Numbered from the stretch's first letter, positions 1 through 10,531 are shown. The stretch: DNA of 64,000 nt from Dehalococcoidia bacterium (GCA_963555985.3 OY820591.1:480001-544000); one strand, 5' to 3'. Numbers and translations are program-made. The notes: generated by a model from the letters alone, not told the origin.

Positions 1-2
1 TG

Positions 3-722
3 CGCCTCGGCCTCTCCGTGCTCGCCGGCCGCGACGTTCGCGACCCGCGCTCCGTCGATGCCCCGCTCGAAGGCCCCGAACCGGCGGCGCGACAGGCGGC
101 GCTGGTCACCGCGATCCCCGGCTTCGATCTCCCCGCCGTGACGGTCGCCGAGATCCGCCGTGCCGGAGAGGTGCTCGCCGACGACGGCTGGAGCGTGGAA
201 GAGGTCGAGCCACCCGAGCTGGACCGAGTCAATGAGATCTGGGCCTATGTCATCGTCGCCGACCAGGACGAGCAATCGCTCCAGGAGCAGGAGGCGCTGA
301 TCACACCGCAGCTCGCCGCCCTCCATCGACAGATCGGCGAGCGCATCGCCTCTGCGCCGTTGTCCAACTCCGTCGTACACGCGGAGCGTTCGCGACTGAG
401 CCGCGTGTGGTCTGATTTCTTCGGCGCGTACCCCGTCGTCATCGGGCCTACCTGGACTTGCTTGCCGTGGCCGATCGACTCGGATCTGGATCCCGAAACC
501 GGGATCGACACGACGCTCGGCACCGCGCATTTCATCAGCCCGGCCAACGTGCTTGGCCTGCCCGCCGTCGCGCTGGCCACCGGCGTCGCCGACGGTCTCC
601 CAACCGGCGTCCAGGTCTACGCCGACCGCTGGCGCGAAGACCTCTGCCTCGCCGCCGCCGAACAGATCGAAGCGGCAAGCCCGATGCCGACACCGATCGA
701 CCCCGTACCGCCGGGCGACTGA
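3..722 (+). CDS. Amidase signature family protein, C-terminal part (5' end outside window)
   Basis: Frame open from position 3; C-terminal motif 'ANVLGLPAVAL...GLPTGVQV...WREDLCLAAAEQIE' is typical of amidases. Confidence 0.85.
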   Translation, partial: RLGLSVLAGRDVRDPRSVDAPLEGPEPAARQAALVTAIPGFDLPAVTVAEIRRAGEVLADDGWSVEEVEPPELDRVNEIWAYVIVADQDEQSLQEQEALITPQLAALHRQIGERIASAPLSNSVVHAERSRLSRVWSDFFGAYPVVIGPTWTCLPWPIDSDLDPETGIDTTLGTAHFISPANVLGLPAVALATGVADGLPTGVQVYADRWREDLCLAAAEQIEAASPMPTPIDPVPPGD

Positions 723-753
723 CGGGCCAGGCGGTCCATGTCCCCATAGCGGG

Positions 754-807
754 CCACGGCCGCCAGCCCGCGTCGACGACGAACGTCTCGATGTCAGTGA
801 TCTTCAT
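754..807 (-). pseudogene. 18-codon N-terminal remnant of a mandelate racemase/galactonate dehydratase-like gene
   Basis: ATG at 807 reads MKITDIETFVVDAGWRPW, a typical enolase-superfamily N-terminus; similarity then stops and the frame runs into the convergent amidase. Confidence 0.6.
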
Positions 808-888
808 GGTCTGATCCAACCCGCCCGTGCGTCAGCCGCAGGCCAGTCCCACGTGCTCAGTTGCTAGATTTGGCACGGAGGCTGTGTT

Positions 889-3384
889 GTGAACGATCAA
901 GCGGAGTTGCTCTCCCCCTACCGCGTCCTCGATCTGACCGACGAGCGCGGCCAGTTCGCGGGCAAGTTGCTGGCCGACCTCGGCGCCGACGTGATCAAGG
1001 TCGAGCCGCCCGGCGGCGATCCCGTGCGGCATCGCGGTCCGTTCGTCGATCACGAACCGGGTCCGGATCGGAGCCTGCGCTGGCTGGCCTGGAACACGAA
1101 TAAGCGCAGCGTTGCGCTCGACCTCCACGACGCTGCCGGCCGCGACCGGTTCCTGCGGCTGGTCGAATCGGCTGATTTTGTCCTGGAGTCGTTCGCGCCT
1201 GGATATCTCGATCAGCTCGGTCTCGGTTACGAAAGACTTGCGCAGGCCAACCCGGGACTCATCCTGGTCTCGATCTCGCCGTTCGGTCAGAGCGGACCGT
1301 ACCGCGACTACCAGGCCACCGACATCGTCTTCTGGGCGATGAGCGGCAACATGTCGATCATGGGTGAGTCGTCGAGACCTCCCGCGCACATCAGCGACGA
1401 TTGCCAGTCCTTCCTCCATGCCGGGGGCGACGCGGTGATCGGCGCGTTGATCGCGTTGACCCAACGACATCGAACCGGGCGCGGGCAGCATGTTGATCTC
1501 TCGATCCAGGAAGCCACGTCCAGAGGCCTCTATCAGGTCACCGGTAGCTGGGATATGACTGGCCGCAATCTCTCACGTGAACTTCGCCCGAATGTCGGTG
1601 GAGCCGAACTGCCGTGGACATGGCGGTGCCGCGACGGCTACGTGGTCTGGATCTGCGCCGTCGGACCGAGCGCCAGTCGGCGACTGAGCGGGTTCTTCGC
1701 CTGGCTCGACGAGATCGGCGAGGGACGCGAGCTGAAGTCGATCGACTGGGAGCATCTACCGCTCCAGGAGATGACGGCGGATGACTGGGAACCCCTGGGT
1801 CGATTGTTTGCCGACCTGTTTATCAATCGAACCAAGCACGAGCTGTACGAAGCGGCGACGCGGCACGACTTCTTGCTCTACCCATCCGCGACATCGGCCG
1901 ACACGCTCGCCAACGAGCAATTGCAGGCCCGCGGTTTCTGGCGCGACGTGGAGCACCTTGAACTGGGTCGCAGCATTCGCTTTCCCGGCGCGATTGCCAA
2001 AGGTGATCGCACGATCCCGTCGCAGACTCGTGCGGCTCCGACGATCGGTGAGCACAACGGCGTAGTCCTGGGCAGGCTTGGCAAGACGACCGATCCGAGT
2101 GATGCGGCGGTCTCGGAGGCACCGGGGAGCGAGATTCCAGGTCAAGCCTGGAATGACGGGGTTGCGCCTGTCTTGGCCAGCACAGCGCCGCTGGCGGGGA
2201 TCAAGATCGCCGACTTCGGCTGGTTCATGGTCGGACCGTTGACGATCAAGCCGTTTTCCGACTTTGGCGCCGACGTGATTCGCGTGGAGAGCACTGCTCG
2301 GCTCGACGCGCTGCGTCTGGTCGGACCATTCAAGGATGACGTGCCGGATCCCGAGTGCAGCGGCGAGTTCGCACAGGTGCGCACCGGCGCTCGCGCGCTC
2401 AACATCGACCTCGGGACCGAGCAAGGCATGGCGATCGCCCGGCGACTGGTCAAATGGGCCGATGTCGTCTTCAACAATTTCTCGGCCGGCGCGATGGATC
2501 GGATGGGCCTGGGGCATGAGGCGGTGCGTGAACTGAACCCGGACGTGATCGTGCTCAGTTGCAGTGGACAGGGGCAGGACGGCCCGCACGCTCAGGGGAA
2601 GGGCGGCGGCGGACACTACGCCGCGCTCGCCGGATTCAATGAACTGACCGGTTGGCCCGAGGGCGAGCCCGGATACCTCAGCGCCTATACCGACTTCATC
2701 GCGCCGCGCTTCAACGTCCCGCTGTTGCTGGCCGCGCTCGATCACCGCCGCCGCACCGGCCAGGGTCAGTACTTCGACGTTTCGCAATACGAGGCGGGCG
2801 TTCACTGGCTCGCGCCGTCACTGCTTGATTACACCGTCAACGGCCGCGTCGCCGAACGACTGGGCAACCGCCAGCCCGACGCTGCGCCGCATGGAGCTTA
2901 TCGCTGCGCGGGCGAGCGCTGGTGCGTCATCGCAGTCACCAGCGACGCCGAGTGGCAATCGCTATGCGCCGGAATGCAAGCGCCCGATCTTGCTGCAGAC
3001 CCGCGTTTCACCACCATCCAGGATCGCAAGGCGAACGAGGATGAGCTGGATCGGATCGTGGAAGTGTGGACGAAGCAGCGAGACGCGCGCGAGGTCATGA
3101 CGCTGCTGCAAGGCTGCGGTGTGCCCGCAGGTGTCGTCCAGACCGGCGAAGACGTCTTGGAACACGACCCGCAACTCCGCCATCGCAACTTCTATCAGCG
3201 CCTCGAGCATCCGGCGCTCGGCAGCTACCGCGCGCCCCAATCGTCATTTCGGCTGTCCGACGCTCCCTGCGAGTTGCAGCGCGCCCGCCTGATCGGCGAG
3301 GACACCTATGCGGTGCTGAGTGCGACGCTCGGCTACTCCGACGAGGAGATCGAGCGGTTCGCTCTCGCGGGGGCGTTGCAGTAG
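889..3384 (+). CDS. Fused two-domain class III CoA-transferase (CaiB/BaiF, BbsEF-like)
   Basis: Two CaiB domains: 'RVLDL...LADLGADVIKVEPPGGD' and 'PLAGIKIADFGW...DFGADVIRVES'; 831 aa. Confidence 0.9.
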   Translation: MNDQAELLSPYRVLDLTDERGQFAGKLLADLGADVIKVEPPGGDPVRHRGPFVDHEPGPDRSLRWLAWNTNKRSVALDLHDAAGRDRFLRLVESADFVLESFAPGYLDQLGLGYERLAQANPGLILVSISPFGQSGPYRDYQATDIVFWAMSGNMSIMGESSRPPAHISDDCQSFLHAGGDAVIGALIALTQRHRTGRGQHVDLSIQEATSRGLYQVTGSWDMTGRNLSRELRPNVGGAELPWTWRCRDGYVVWICAVGPSASRRLSGFFAWLDEIGEGRELKSIDWEHLPLQEMTADDWEPLGRLFADLFINRTKHELYEAATRHDFLLYPSATSADTLANEQLQARGFWRDVEHLELGRSIRFPGAIAKGDRTIPSQTRAAPTIGEHNGVVLGRLGKTTDPSDAAVSEAPGSEIPGQAWNDGVAPVLASTAPLAGIKIADFGWFMVGPLTIKPFSDFGADVIRVESTARLDALRLVGPFKDDVPDPECSGEFAQVRTGARALNIDLGTEQGMAIARRLVKWADVVFNNFSAGAMDRMGLGHEAVRELNPDVIVLSCSGQGQDGPHAQGKGGGGHYAALAGFNELTGWPEGEPGYLSAYTDFIAPRFNVPLLLAALDHRRRTGQGQYFDVSQYEAGVHWLAPSLLDYTVNGRVAERLGNRQPDAAPHGAYRCAGERWCVIAVTSDAEWQSLCAGMQAPDLAADPRFTTIQDRKANEDELDRIVEVWTKQRDAREVMTLLQGCGVPAGVVQTGEDVLEHDPQLRHRNFYQRLEHPALGSYRAPQSSFRLSDAPCELQRARLIGEDTYAVLSATLGYSDEEIERFALAGALQ

Positions 3385-3499
3385 TCGTGACACGCCTCCG
3401 GCCCGATGCCGGTCGCAGGCCACTGCCGTTAGAAGTCCGAGTGAACGTGGCGAGAGAGTAGTTGCACGTATCTGCGACGCGATTGATGGAGGAGCGGCC

Positions 3500-4912
3500 A
3501 TGAACCGCGAACCAGGTGACGGCGGACTGCTTGGGCTTGCTGAGCGAGGGTTCCGCCCTGGGAGCGCGATCCCACTCAAGGAAGTGTCGGCGATCGCGGC
3601 TGAAGTGCGGCAGCTGATCTCGCTTGGCCGGGAGGAGCAGGCGATCGAGCTGATGCGCAGCCTGCATCCGGCCGACATGGGCTTGATCATCGCCGGTCTG
3701 CCGCGTGCCGGACGTGAGGCCGTGTTAGGCATCATGTCACCGGACACGGTGGTCTGGATGCTGCGCCAGATGAACCCGGTCGAGGCCGGGCGCGTGGGGA
3801 CCCGCCTTGGTGTTCAGGCCCTCTCCTTCGTACTCGACCAGGTGCATCCGCAGACCGCGCTGGCCACCCTGCGGCGCTTGCCCCTGTACCGCGCCCAGAC
3901 GGTGGCGGAAACACTGGACGCGCCGCTCGCCGACGATGAACTGCTGACCCAGGAAGCGGATACCGCTGGCGCATTGATGGTGGTTGAGTTCCCGGCAGTG
4001 TCCGTTGATGGTACCGCCGGTGACGCGCGCGCCAGCGTTCGTGAGGTCGGGGTCGATCGCTTCGAGTTCACCTACGTCTATGTCCTCGATCAGGCTGGGG
4101 AGTTGGTCGGCCAGATTCCGATGCCGGAATTGGCGATCGCCGATGACGACACTGCGGTCGAATCAATCGCGCATCCAATTGTGGCTTCAGTTACCACGGA
4201 TATCGATGCGGCGGAGTGTGCCCGGCTGCGCCGGCATTACAACCTGACCCAGTTGCCGGTCGTCGAGGAGGGCCGGCTGATCGGGGCGATCCTGCCGGAG
4301 TCGTTGCTGGGCGCACTGGTCGAGCAGGACACGCGGCAGATGCTGCAAGTCGCCAACGTCGCCGGCGAGGCCGCCGACGGACCGCTGGCCGGATCGATCC
4401 GCACCCGCCTGCCCTGGTTGACGGTCAACCTGGCGACGACCTTCCTCGCCGCCGCCGTCATCTCCGTCTTTGAGTCGACCCTGGCTCAGGTCGTGGTGCT
4501 GGCGGCGTTCTTACCTGTGGTCGCGGGTCAGGGAGGGATCGGCGGGACGCAGACCTTGACGCTGATTGTCCGCGCGATTGCGCTCGGGCAACTGGTCGGG
4601 ATTACCGCGCGGCGCTTGCTGGTGCGCGAAGCCTTGCTCGGCCTCTTCCACGGGGTCTGGCTGGGCTTGCTCGTCGCCGTGATCGCGCTGCTCTGGCAGC
4701 AGAATCTTGGGTTGGCGCTGGTGCTCGGCCTGGCGATGCTGGGCAACATGATCATCGCCGGTTCGGTTGGCGCCGCGATCCCACTGATCCTGCGCCGGAT
4801 CGGGGTCGATCCGGCGGTCGCGTCGGCCGTGATCGTCACGACCTTCACCGACGTGTTTGGGTTCCTGTTGTTCCTGGGCATCGCGCGGGCAGCGATCGAC
4901 CTGCTCGTGTAG
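3500..4912 (+). CDS. mgtE: Magnesium transporter MgtE
   Basis: GGAGGAG RBS before ATG 3500; 'LHPAD' N-domain, CBS pair, TM motifs 'RLPWL', 'GQGGIGGTQ', 'DPAVAS...TTFTDVFGF'. Confidence 0.92.
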   Translation: MNREPGDGGLLGLAERGFRPGSAIPLKEVSAIAAEVRQLISLGREEQAIELMRSLHPADMGLIIAGLPRAGREAVLGIMSPDTVVWMLRQMNPVEAGRVGTRLGVQALSFVLDQVHPQTALATLRRLPLYRAQTVAETLDAPLADDELLTQEADTAGALMVVEFPAVSVDGTAGDARASVREVGVDRFEFTYVYVLDQAGELVGQIPMPELAIADDDTAVESIAHPIVASVTTDIDAAECARLRRHYNLTQLPVVEEGRLIGAILPESLLGALVEQDTRQMLQVANVAGEAADGPLAGSIRTRLPWLTVNLATTFLAAAVISVFESTLAQVVVLAAFLPVVAGQGGIGGTQTLTLIVRAIALGQLVGITARRLLVREALLGLFHGVWLGLLVAVIALLWQQNLGLALVLGLAMLGNMIIAGSVGAAIPLILRRIGVDPAVASAVIVTTFTDVFGFLLFLGIARAAIDLLV

Positions 4913-4995
4913 CGAAGTCTCAGGCCCCACCGCTACCGGGTCGTCGCTCAGTTGATAGCTTCTGCCCTGACAGCCATCCCCAGAAAGACGACGCC

Positions 4996-6168
4996 ATGAA
5001 GATCACCAAGATCAGCGCCATCCCTGCCTCGCCGGGGACTACTGCCCACCCGATGTTCAACTTCCCGCCCTGGAACTTTGTCTTCGTCAAGGTCGAAACC
5101 GACGAGGGCATTGTCGGCTGGGGGGACGCGACCTGCGGGCCGATGGCGGTGGCCTCGTTGGTCGAGGAGTACGGCGGCATGATCGTCGGCGAGGATCCGT
5201 TTCGGATCGAAGAGCTGTGGCAGACGATCCACCACCGTTATTTCACGCGCGGCGGGCCGATCCAGAACAGCGCCCAGGCCGGGATCGAGATGGCGCTCTA
5301 CGACATTAAGGGCAAGGCCCTGGGCGTGCCGGTCTACGAGCTGCTGGGCGGCAAGATGCGCGACCAGATCTGGTGCTACGGCCGTTGGGACGGCCCCTCG
5401 CCGGAGAGCGCGGCGGAATTCGCGCTCAGCCAGCTCGCGCTGGGATTCACGGCGCTCAAGGGCGACCCGTTCGATCACCGGGGCCTGTTCATTTCGTACG
5501 AGGCCGAGAAGAAGGCGATTGACACCCTCGCCGCGGTGCGCGACGCGGTTGGCTTCGAGGTCGAATTGCTGGTTGAGGTGCATGGTCGCCTGACTCCGGC
5601 TGAGGCGATCCGGATCGGTAACGCGATGGAGGAATACCGGCCCTTCGTTTATGAGGAGCCGGTGCCGTTCGAGAACATCGACGCGATGGAGCAGGTGGCC
5701 CGCCACACCAACATCCCGATCGCTACCGGAGAGCGGATCTACAGTCCCTTCACCTACTTCGATCTGCTCCAGCGGCAGATCGTGGCGATGATCCAGCCCG
5801 ACATGATCCAGACCGGCGGGATCGGCCAGATGAAGCGGATCGCGGCGCTGGCTGAGGCGCAGTACGTCGGTGTTCAGCCGCACGCGATTCACGGACCGAT
5901 GGAAGTGCTCGCTGCGCTGCACGTTGACGCCTCGATCCCGAACTTCAAGATCCATGAGGGCGGCTCGCGCGCGTGGTTCCAGGATGCCTGCATCGGCGAG
6001 TTCCCGGCCCAGGTGGACGGCTACCTGTCGGTGCCCGAAGCGCCGGGCCTGGGGGTCTCGATCGACGAGGACTGGCTCGCCGCCCATCCGCCGCATCCCG
6101 AACCGGGCTGGGCGCCGGCGTTGGGGACGCTGCCGTCGAAGCAATTCAGCAAGGTCGCTTCGCCGTAG
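4996..6168 (+). CDS. Mandelate racemase/muconate lactonizing enzyme family, galactonate dehydratase-like
   Basis: 'FVKVETDEGIVGWG', 'ALYDIKGKALGVPVYELLGG', 'KGDPF', 'EVHGR', 'EEP', 'ATGER'. Confidence 0.9.
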   Translation: MKITKISAIPASPGTTAHPMFNFPPWNFVFVKVETDEGIVGWGDATCGPMAVASLVEEYGGMIVGEDPFRIEELWQTIHHRYFTRGGPIQNSAQAGIEMALYDIKGKALGVPVYELLGGKMRDQIWCYGRWDGPSPESAAEFALSQLALGFTALKGDPFDHRGLFISYEAEKKAIDTLAAVRDAVGFEVELLVEVHGRLTPAEAIRIGNAMEEYRPFVYEEPVPFENIDAMEQVARHTNIPIATGERIYSPFTYFDLLQRQIVAMIQPDMIQTGGIGQMKRIAALAEAQYVGVQPHAIHGPMEVLAALHVDASIPNFKIHEGGSRAWFQDACIGEFPAQVDGYLSVPEAPGLGVSIDEDWLAAHPPHPEPGWAPALGTLPSKQFSKVASP

Positions 6169-6260
6169 GGCCTGATCCGGCGCGAGGGCGGGGAATTGCT
6201 GGGCAGCTGACGCGAATTGTCAGCCGTGGATGGGGAATTGTGCGCGAAGGCGGCGCGATC

Positions 6261-6320
6261 CTGTTTCAGCTTGTTTCATTCTGTTTCATTTTGTTTCAGT
6301 GTGTTTCATCTCGTTTCGGT
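6261..6320. repeat. 10-bp-period tandem repeat (nTGTTTCAnn x6)
   Basis: ctgtttcagc ttgtttcatt ctgtttcatt ttgtttcagt gtgtttcatc tcgtttcggt. Confidence 0.75.
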
Positions 6321-6619
6321 GGTGTCGGCTCTGTATGGCTCTGTCCGGGTGGTGTTGCGCCGTGTTGGGGATTCGAGTTCGAGCGCGCCGGGGAGTGTGC
6401 AGGCCAGGCTGGGTGGTCGTGCCGGGCCCCGCCGAGCGGCTGGAGCCGGGTCGCACGGAGGTCAGTATATACGTACAGGCGTACGATGGCAGGTGCGGGG
6501 TGGTGCGAGTGTTGCAGTGGCGACAGTCGGCTTGGCCGACGGATGGCTGCGCCGCCGATGTGCGCAGTCCCGAGCGAGCCTGCCCCGGCTTGAGCGCAGG
6601 GATGAGGTAGCCAGGCCGC

Positions 6620-6648
6620 TTGACAAGCAAAATTGAGCGCACTACGTT
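6620..6648 (+). promoter_or_regulatory. Sigma70-type promoter of the first binding-protein operon
   Basis: TTGACA-17 nt-TACGTT, 58 nt upstream of ATG 6707. Confidence 0.65.
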
Positions 6649-6706
6649 CGCGCAGATCGCCGATAGATGCAAATACTGACCAGGCGATTTTCGAGGAGAC
6701 GTCCCA

Positions 6707-8479
6707 ATGAGCGAGCGAAACTACTGGCAACGGATGAAGGGGCGTCGGTTGAGCCGGCGATCGCTGCTGCGAGCCTCGGCTCGCGCGGGGATCGGTGCGG
6801 GCGGCCTGATCCTGATCGGCTGCGGGGACGATGACGACGATGGCCAGCAGCAGGCGGCGCCGGCTGCGGCTCAGGCGCAGCCGCAACAACAGCAGCAGCA
6901 GGCTGCGCCCGCGCAGCAGCAGCAACAAGAGCAGCAGCAAGCCGCTCCGGCGCAACAGCAGCAAGAACAGCAGGCCGCCGTCGCTCAGGCTCAGCAGGCC
7001 GACGACGGCCCGCGGCAGGGCGGCAGGCTGATCGCCGGCGACACGACCAACTTCGAGGACGATGTGACGCTGCCCTACGCGATCGCTGAGGGCCGATTCA
7101 CTCAGCCGCCTGACGCTGGGATCTGGGACTGGTTGGCACAGCGCGGGGACTCGCTGGAGCCGGAGCCGCGACTCGCCGAGTCGTGGGAGCAGAACGCCGA
7201 CGCGACGGCCACGATCTTCAAGCTGCGTCCGGGCCTCGAATTCCACAACGGCAAGCCGCTCAACGCCGAGGCGGTCAAGCTCAGCTATGAGGCGATGAAC
7301 TGGGAGGACACGCCCAACAGCCAGGTGCGAGGGCTCGCAGGCGTATACCTCGAATCGATCGACGTGATCGATGATGTGACCGTGCAGTTCAACCATTCGA
7401 ACTGGCCGGGGCCGGTGATCTACGACCTGGTCACGTTTGCGCCGATCGCCGACTCTGACACGATCACGGCCTTGGCCGCGATGGAGGAGATCAATGGCAG
7501 CGGCCCGTTCAAGTTCGACTTCAGCGAATGGGAAGCGGGCGCGAAGTGGGTGTCGGTACCGCACGAGAACGGCTACCTGACCCCGCACCTCGACGCGATC
7601 GAATATCGCAAGATCCCAGACGAGGACACGATCGTGCTGGCGCTCGAGAGCGAAGAACTCGACATGGCCGTCATTCCGCTCCCGCAGTTCGACCGCCTGA
7701 GCCAGATAGAGCACCTGACCACCGATGTCGGGCCGGCATTCGGGTACTGGGTCGTCGGGCCGACGCAGACGGCGCTCGGCGGCGGTCACCCGGCGAACGA
7801 CGATCCGCGCTTCCGTCGCGCGCTGCAAAAGGCGATCGACCGAGAGCGCATCCATGAAGATGTCTTCTACGGCGTGATGCCGATTGCGAACCAGATGTGG
7901 CTGCCGACTTCGTCGGCGTATGACCCGCAGTACGACGTGGTCGCATATGACCCGGAAGGGGCGAGGGCGTTGCTGGAAGAGGCCGGTCTGTTGGGCACCA
8001 AGCTGGACATGCACATCTTCGAGGGCTGGCTCCCCGCCGGCGCGCCGGAGATCATCCAGGCGAACTTCAACGCCATTGGACTCGAGGTCACGATCAAGGT
8101 GATCGACCGGGCAGAATGGATCGAGCTCTTCCTGGCCGGCCAGATGCCCGGCTTGTACATGGCGAGCACGGGCTTCTTCTGGATGGAGCCAGAGACACTG
8201 CCGAACATGAACTATCAGTTCCGGCAGCCGGTCAACGCCGTGGCCGAGGTTTCGGACGCGTACGTCTCGATCCTGGAGGGATTTGCTTCGCAACCGACTC
8301 CGGCCGAGCGTCAAGAGTTGTTCGACCGCTGGAACCAGCTCTATTTCGACGCGCCGTGGTTGCTGCCGTACGCGGGCGCGGCCAACATCGGGGCCTATAA
8401 CCACAATCGCGTGGGCGGGTTCTACACCACGACCGCCTCCGGGAAAGTGCACAAGGAAGAGCTCTGGTTGAAGGCGTAG
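6707..8479 (+). CDS. ABC substrate-binding protein family 5 (DppA/OppA-like), Tat lipoprotein with Gln/Ala-rich linker
   Basis: SRRSLL Tat motif, LIGC lipobox, poly-Asp and Q/A linker; 'LAESWEQ', 'FKLRPGLEFHNGKPLNAEAVK', 'GSGPFK'. Confidence 0.9.
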   Translation: MSERNYWQRMKGRRLSRRSLLRASARAGIGAGGLILIGCGDDDDDGQQQAAPAAAQAQPQQQQQQAAPAQQQQQEQQQAAPAQQQQEQQAAVAQAQQADDGPRQGGRLIAGDTTNFEDDVTLPYAIAEGRFTQPPDAGIWDWLAQRGDSLEPEPRLAESWEQNADATATIFKLRPGLEFHNGKPLNAEAVKLSYEAMNWEDTPNSQVRGLAGVYLESIDVIDDVTVQFNHSNWPGPVIYDLVTFAPIADSDTITALAAMEEINGSGPFKFDFSEWEAGAKWVSVPHENGYLTPHLDAIEYRKIPDEDTIVLALESEELDMAVIPLPQFDRLSQIEHLTTDVGPAFGYWVVGPTQTALGGGHPANDDPRFRRALQKAIDRERIHEDVFYGVMPIANQMWLPTSSAYDPQYDVVAYDPEGARALLEEAGLLGTKLDMHIFEGWLPAGAPEIIQANFNAIGLEVTIKVIDRAEWIELFLAGQMPGLYMASTGFFWMEPETLPNMNYQFRQPVNAVAEVSDAYVSILEGFASQPTPAERQELFDRWNQLYFDAPWLLPYAGAANIGAYNHNRVGGFYTTTASGKVHKEELWLKA

Positions 8480-8637
8480 CCGCTCAACCGCATGTGTCGC
8501 GCCCCGCAGGAGCGCTCGGCGACGGCTCCTCATCCATCGGCTGATGGCCGAGGGGCAGTCGTCGCTCGCGCCCGTCCGCAGATCCGCCCTGAGCTCTGTG
8601 GGATTCGGTATGGTCAGCCCTCAGAGGAGCGTCGTCC

Positions 8638-9582
8638 ATGGGTTCGTTCCTGATCCGCCGCTTCGCTCAGGGCGTGGTGACGGTCTTGCTGGCCAGCATC
8701 CTGGTCTTTTTGGTCATGCGCTTGATTCCCGGCGATCCGGCGCTGCTGCTGGTCGGAACGGATGCGAGCGCCGAAGATATCGAGCAAGTGCGGGAACGGC
8801 TCGGGCTGAACGAGCCACTGGTCGAGCAGTACGTCGACTGGCTGGCGGGCGCGGTGCAGGGCGACTTCGGGCCGTCGTTTACGAAGGGCGCCGAGGTCGG
8901 GTCGCTGATGACGGTCGCGCTGGTGCCCAGCGCGGAACTCGCGGTGGCCGGCTACCTGTTCGTGCTCGTCGTTGGCATCCCGCTGGGAATCTTCGCCGGC
9001 CTGAGACCGGGCGGTGCGCCCGACTACGCCGCGACCGGATTCACGATGTTCACGCTCGGGATCCCGAACTTTGTGCTCGGGATCATCCTGATCTGGGTGC
9101 TCGCAGTCGAGTTGAGCCTGTTACCGATCACGGGCCGGGTCGCGATCACTGAGGATCCACTGGAGGCGCTCAAGTTCCTGGTCATGCCGATGATCGCGGT
9201 GGGGGCGGGGACGGCGGCGATCCTGGCTCGGTTCGTGCGGGCCTCGATCATGGAGACGTTGAACCAGGACTACGTGCGGACGGCGCGGGCCAAAGGGCTG
9301 CGGGAGCGGACGGTGGTGCTGCGGCACGCGATGCGCAACGCGCTGATCCCGGTGATCACGGTTGCGGCACTGCAGATCGGTTTCCTGATCTCCGGCGCGG
9401 TGATCGTTGAGGTCGTCTTCGCGCGGCCTGGTTTCGGGTCGCTGATCATTGACGGCGTGATCGGCCGGGACTACCAGCTCATCCAGGGAATGCTGACGGT
9501 GCTGGTGACGGTTTTCGTGGTGGTGAATACGCTTGCCGATGTCGCCTACGGGTTCGTTGATCCCCGGATCCGGGTGCAATGA
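8638..9582 (+). CDS. Peptide/nickel ABC transporter permease (DppB-like)
   Basis: 'PGDPA', 'DYVRTARAKGL...RHAMRNALIP', 'DPRIR'. Confidence 0.92.
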   Translation: MGSFLIRRFAQGVVTVLLASILVFLVMRLIPGDPALLLVGTDASAEDIEQVRERLGLNEPLVEQYVDWLAGAVQGDFGPSFTKGAEVGSLMTVALVPSAELAVAGYLFVLVVGIPLGIFAGLRPGGAPDYAATGFTMFTLGIPNFVLGIILIWVLAVELSLLPITGRVAITEDPLEALKFLVMPMIAVGAGTAAILARFVRASIMETLNQDYVRTARAKGLRERTVVLRHAMRNALIPVITVAALQIGFLISGAVIVEVVFARPGFGSLIIDGVIGRDYQLIQGMLTVLVTVFVVVNTLADVAYGFVDPRIRVQ

Positions 9583-10502
9583 TGGCGAACGTACAGCAAG
9601 CGCTACCCGGATTCGGAAGCGGGCCCGTTCGTGCCCGGGTCTTGCGCTGGCGGCAGCAGTCGCAGTGGTTCGATGTCGCCTATCGCGTGTCCCGCGAACG
9701 GCGAGGCCAGATCGCGATCGTGATCCTCGGCGTGTTCCTGGTCTGCGCCATCTTCGCGGGACAGATCGCTCCGTATGACTACGCGGAGCAGATTCGCGGA
9801 GCCCGGCTCTTGTCGCCGTCGTGGACGCATCCATTCGGCACCGACGAGATCAGTCGCGACCTGTTTAGCCGGGTGGTCTACGGCATCCGGATCTCGCTCT
9901 CCGTGAGTGCCGGCGCGATCGCGATCGGGATGCCGATCGGCGTCGCGATCGGCTACGCGGCGGGCTACTTCGGCCGCTGGACGGACGCGGTGGCGATGCG
10001 GTTCATCGACACGATGTTGGCGTTTCCGGGGATTCTCACGGCGCTGGTCGTGTTGGCCGTGCTCGGGACGGGCACGCGGGAAGTGGCGATCACGCTCGGG
10101 ATCGGGGCGATTCCGGTCTTCGCGCGACTGGCGCGGGGGCAAATGTTGCAGGAGAAGGAGCGCGATTACGTGATGGCGGCGCGCACGTTGGGCGCTCGGC
10201 CGATCCGGATCATCATGCGCCACATCGCGATCAACACACTGCCGCCGCTGATGATCCAGGCGGCGCTGTACATGGCGTTCGCGGTGATCGCGGAGGCGTC
10301 GCTGAGCTTTCTCGGCCTGGGCGCAGCGCCCCCGACGCCGACAATCGGGCTGATCCTGAACGCGGCCAGGCCGTTCCTGACGCTTGGCGCCTGGTGGTTC
10401 CTGCTGACGCCGATCGCGGCGCTGGCGCTGCTGCTGATTGCGCTGAATTTCCTCGCTGACGCGATTCTTGAGGCGACGAGTCCGTATGTGCGGAACAAGT
10501 AG
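9579..10502 (+). CDS. Peptide/nickel ABC transporter permease (DppC-like)
   Basis: 'HPFGTD...RDLFSRVVYG', 'DYVMAARTLGA', 'EASLSFLGLG'; ATGA overlap with upstream gene. Confidence 0.92.
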   Translation: MMANVQQALPGFGSGPVRARVLRWRQQSQWFDVAYRVSRERRGQIAIVILGVFLVCAIFAGQIAPYDYAEQIRGARLLSPSWTHPFGTDEISRDLFSRVVYGIRISLSVSAGAIAIGMPIGVAIGYAAGYFGRWTDAVAMRFIDTMLAFPGILTALVVLAVLGTGTREVAITLGIGAIPVFARLARGQMLQEKERDYVMAARTLGARPIRIIMRHIAINTLPPLMIQAALYMAFAVIAEASLSFLGLGAAPPTPTIGLILNAARPFLTLGAWWFLLTPIAALALLLIALNFLADAILEATSPYVRNK

Positions 10503-10531
10503 CGACCGAGCCGAAGCCCCGGCAAGTTCGC

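Noticed and set aside
6845-7000. CAG-rich tracts as phase-variable microsatellites
   Set aside because: Interrupted, in-frame and mixed CAG/CAA/GCN codons; they encode the Q/A linker.
6296-8533. 745-aa minus-strand ORF (likewise 18901-21183 and 31664-33673)
   Set aside because: Antisense to well-supported genes, with no recognisable motifs.
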